Shown here: in pieces, positions 57,080-59,231 of the stretch
How positions within the stretch are numbered: position 1 is the first letter of the stretch
Layout: each line of letters opens with the position of its first letter
IMG/VR virus record: IMGVR_UViG_3300032212_000006
Span: 1 to 59,231 of that record
DNA: 59,231 bases
Reading direction: 5' to 3' (one strand)
DNA from: a virus
Taxonomy: Duplodnaviria; Caudoviricetes
Position numbers and translations under genes: made by a program
The notes under the pieces: model-generated
What the model saw: only the letters and a program-made list of their open reading frames with translations
The model's database searches: none
What the model was told of the DNA's origin: nothing

Positions 57080-57303
57080 ATAATTTCGCAGAATTCTTTG
57101 CTGAGTATATGAGTATAAATCCTAATGCCGAAGGAGATCGTATCATATACCAAATTAATAATCGCACATTGACTGTAAATGATTTTAAAGAGCTTCTTAC
57201 TATGTATGACTGTGAACACTGCAAACATGTAAGAAAAGAACAATCTGATTACCCATGTAATAAATGCAATAGTTACGATATGTTTGAGGTACGTATAAAA
57301 TGA
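57076..57303 (+). CDS. small Cys-rich protein
   Basis: CEHCKH...PCNKC; ATGA overlaps. Confidence 0.6.
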   Translation: MNNFAEFFAEYMSINPNAEGDRIIYQINNRTLTVNDFKELLTMYDCEHCKHVRKEQSDYPCNKCNSYDMFEVRIK

Positions 57304-57731
57304 TACTAGATATAGTGACAAATAAAAAGGAATTATCAAAAGTTTGTATGCAGGCTATAGACGTAGACACAGCAAAAATAGTTGGCGATGATTTATTAGA
57401 CACAGCAAATAGCATATATGATAGTTGTGCAGGTTTAGCAGCACCACAAATAGGGCATAGTTCAAGGATTGTAGTTGTCAAATTAGATGATGGGTTTGAA
57501 TTAATGATAAACCCTCAATACATAACAAAATCCGGTAAGCGACAGAATGGAAAAGAAGGTTGCCTATCTAGACCATCGACTATTGAAAATAATGTCAGTG
57601 TTAAGCGATATTACAGAATAAAAATCAAATACGTAGATAAAGATTTTAAGATAGTCGTTAAGAAGTTTAAAGGTTTTCAAGCTAGAGTCATTCAACATGA
57701 GATAGACCATTTAAATGGTATATTAATATAG
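57300..57731 (+). CDS. def: peptide deformylase
   Basis: All three motifs: GLAAPQIG, EGCLS, QHEIDHLNG. Confidence 0.95.
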   Translation: MILDIVTNKKELSKVCMQAIDVDTAKIVGDDLLDTANSIYDSCAGLAAPQIGHSSRIVVVKLDDGFELMINPQYITKSGKRQNGKEGCLSRPSTIENNVSVKRYYRIKIKYVDKDFKIVVKKFKGFQARVIQHEIDHLNGILI

Positions 57732-57810
57732 GACCGTGAATTTTCTTATTTACATTGAGATAATTACATAGTAATATAAGTCTATATAATATCGTTGTGA
57801 GGGCGAATTA

Positions 57811-58080
57811 ATGGAATCAATTTGGAAGTATCCGCTAGACATACAAGACAATATATCTATTATGGTACCTGAAGGCGCCAAGTCTTTATGTATAAAGACT
57901 CAAAATAACATACCTTGTTTGTGGATGATAGTGAATACTTCATCTGCTAAGCTAGAAGAGTTAAAGCTTAAAATTTATGGAACTGGTCACAACCACGATT
58001 TTATTTTAGGTGAATACATAGACACATTCTTGATTAATAATGATAGTCTTGTGTTCCACGTATTTGAAGTACAGTCATAA
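57811..58080 (+). CDS. conserved-type small phage protein
   Basis: IWKYPL...LW..V...IYGTGH...YI.TF...LVFHVFE; promoter TTTACA-N17-TAATAT 57749-57777 and RBS motif. Confidence 0.7.
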   Translation: MESIWKYPLDIQDNISIMVPEGAKSLCIKTQNNIPCLWMIVNTSSAKLEELKLKIYGTGHNHDFILGEYIDTFLINNDSLVFHVFEVQS

Positions 58081-58160
58081 GTAACTACGAAATATACACA
58101 TAAAGGTCGTTAGATAAGCGAAAGCAAATGAACATTCGCTGATACATGTAAGGACAACCA

Positions 58161-58526
58161 ATGAATAAAACAGAGCTTAACGTATTAAATAAACGGCTTG
58201 CTGAGTTGCTTGGGTATAGAATAGCAACCACTTTTGATTTTAAACCAAAAGCTGGTGATGTGTATGTCGCTGGAAGATGCACACCTGATTATATTGGTAC
58301 TGTTTATAGGTCAGCATCACAACCGGGATACTTTTATAATTTCACCCCCACAACCGACATGGCTCAGGCGATGGAGTTGGGTATTGAGCATAAGTTGCAA
58401 ATTGATTTTGAAGACAACATGGTTTTAATTTTAGTCAACAATGAATGGGAAGCTGTTGAAGGGAGCACCCCTATGGAAGCCATCGTTCGTGCAGTAATTA
58501 AAATGTTGGAGAGTGAGCGATCATGA
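58161..58526 (+). CDS. NinX/DUF2591-like protein
   Basis: LN..LAE...FTPTTDMAQA...GSTPMEAIVRA. Confidence 0.6.
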   Translation: MNKTELNVLNKRLAELLGYRIATTFDFKPKAGDVYVAGRCTPDYIGTVYRSASQPGYFYNFTPTTDMAQAMELGIEHKLQIDFEDNMVLILVNNEWEAVEGSTPMEAIVRAVIKMLESERS

Positions 58527-58693
58527 CTAAATTACACGAGGTTTATGATGAATCTGGGCACTGTATTGGTGATGAGTTTATTGATTTATCTGGATTACAA
58601 CATGATACAAAAAAGCCATAGTTCAATTAATTTATCTGGATGAGTTAGTCGATACTTACAACGAGAGATTAAGCAAGCAAGGGGAGGCCAGCC

Positions 58694-58879
58694 ATGACTG
58701 ATGAATTGAAGGCGTGTGAAAGAAACAATATTCTTGATGAAGTCATACCAAAAATTAGAGCGCTTATGGGTGGTCAAATAGTTGTCGCTGGCTTGGTTAA
58801 TTTCGAGACGATACAAAAAGCTATTAAGGATTTAAAAGACACCCGCCCATCCAGTACATCTAAAGGGGGTGATTTGTGA
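58694..58879 (+). CDS. hypothetical protein
   Basis: GGAGG SD; ends inside the 34-bp repeat. Confidence 0.6.
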   Translation: MTDELKACERNNILDEVIPKIRALMGGQIVVAGLVNFETIQKAIKDLKDTRPSSTSKGGDL

Positions 58880-59231
58880 GTGAAACAAGAACTAATGTTC
58901 CGCAGTTGCTGTGCCGCAGATATGACGTCGAAACTGATTCTTGGGTACGCAAAGGAGGAAAAAACCTAATACCTAATATGGAAATGGCTGTTGCCCAAGG
59001 CAGTGGGGATCGGGTGTGGTTGCTAGATATTTGGCATTTATTAACCAACCAGTACATCTAAAGGGGGTGATTTGTGAGTGAATTTGTAAGATGTGATTTT
59101 GAACAAAAGGCATTCAGTGTGTTGGTGAAAAAGGCCATGACGGCAAACATAAACGACCTCATTCACATAAATGCCATTTTCCTACATGCAATAAAGAAGT
59201 GCCACCGAAACTATGGGGCTGTAAGGAGCAC
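58759..59231. repeat. Terminal overlap (right copy) carrying an extra 198-bp cassette
   Basis: Matches 1-276 with an insertion bounded by 34-bp repeats at 58851-58884 and 59049-59082. Confidence 0.92.
58876..59061 (+). CDS. cassette-borne hypothetical protein
   Basis: Starts at the GTG in repeat 1 and stops at the TAA in repeat 2. Confidence 0.5.
   Translation: MSETRTNVPQLLCRRYDVETDSWVRKGGKNLIPNMEMAVAQGSGDRVWLLDIWHLLTNQYI

Noticed and set aside
58523-58700. Programmed frameshift or phase variation at A6 (58609-58614)
   Set aside because: One extra A restores a full ORF; similar single-base losses at 49221 and near 59105 point to homopolymer sequencing errors.
1-59231. Stop-codon recoding
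   Set aside because: Core genes are full length under the standard code and TAA, TAG and TGA all end genes; no suppressor tRNA.
1-59231. Prophage or temperate module
   Set aside because: No integrase, ParA, CI-like peptidase-HTH or host flanks; the ends overlap.

Overview
This window is an apparently complete, circularly overlapping genome (about 58.8 kb) of an AT-rich, long-tailed (siphovirus-like) dsDNA phage. No integrase, CI-type repressor or reverse transcriptase is visible. Layout: (1) + strand 52.4 kb to end and 1 to 22.1 kb: small accessory genes, peptide deformylase and several promoter-led structured non-coding RNAs, then a replication module (primase-polymerase/helicase, family A polymerase, Cas4-like and VRR nucleases, ThyX, SNF2 helicase, SSB-like protein), a nucleotide-modification cluster (carbamoyltransferase, MazG-like pyrophosphatase, dNMP kinase, dCMP-hydroxymethylase-like ThyA homolog, dCMP deaminase) predicting 5-hydroxymethyl/carbamoyloxymethyl-cytosine DNA, an exonuclease and an ATP-dependent ligase. 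(2) - strand 46.7 to 22.1 kb: terminase, portal, capsid, tail, fibre and lysis genes. (3) 46.7-52.4 kb: early genes, repeat families and an iteron/AT-rich origin-like region. Most notable unexplained signals: a 75-nt promoter-driven small RNA whose unpaired segment GCCCTCAC is the exact complement of a GTGAGGGC ribosome-binding-site hairpin in front of five genes; two long-stem RNAs ending in a tRNA-like U-CCA; a tRNA with a non-canonical anticodon arm; and a 198-bp gene cassette, bounded by 34-bp repeats, present in one terminal copy and absent in the other. All functional calls come from motif recognition by eye; no searches or folding were run.
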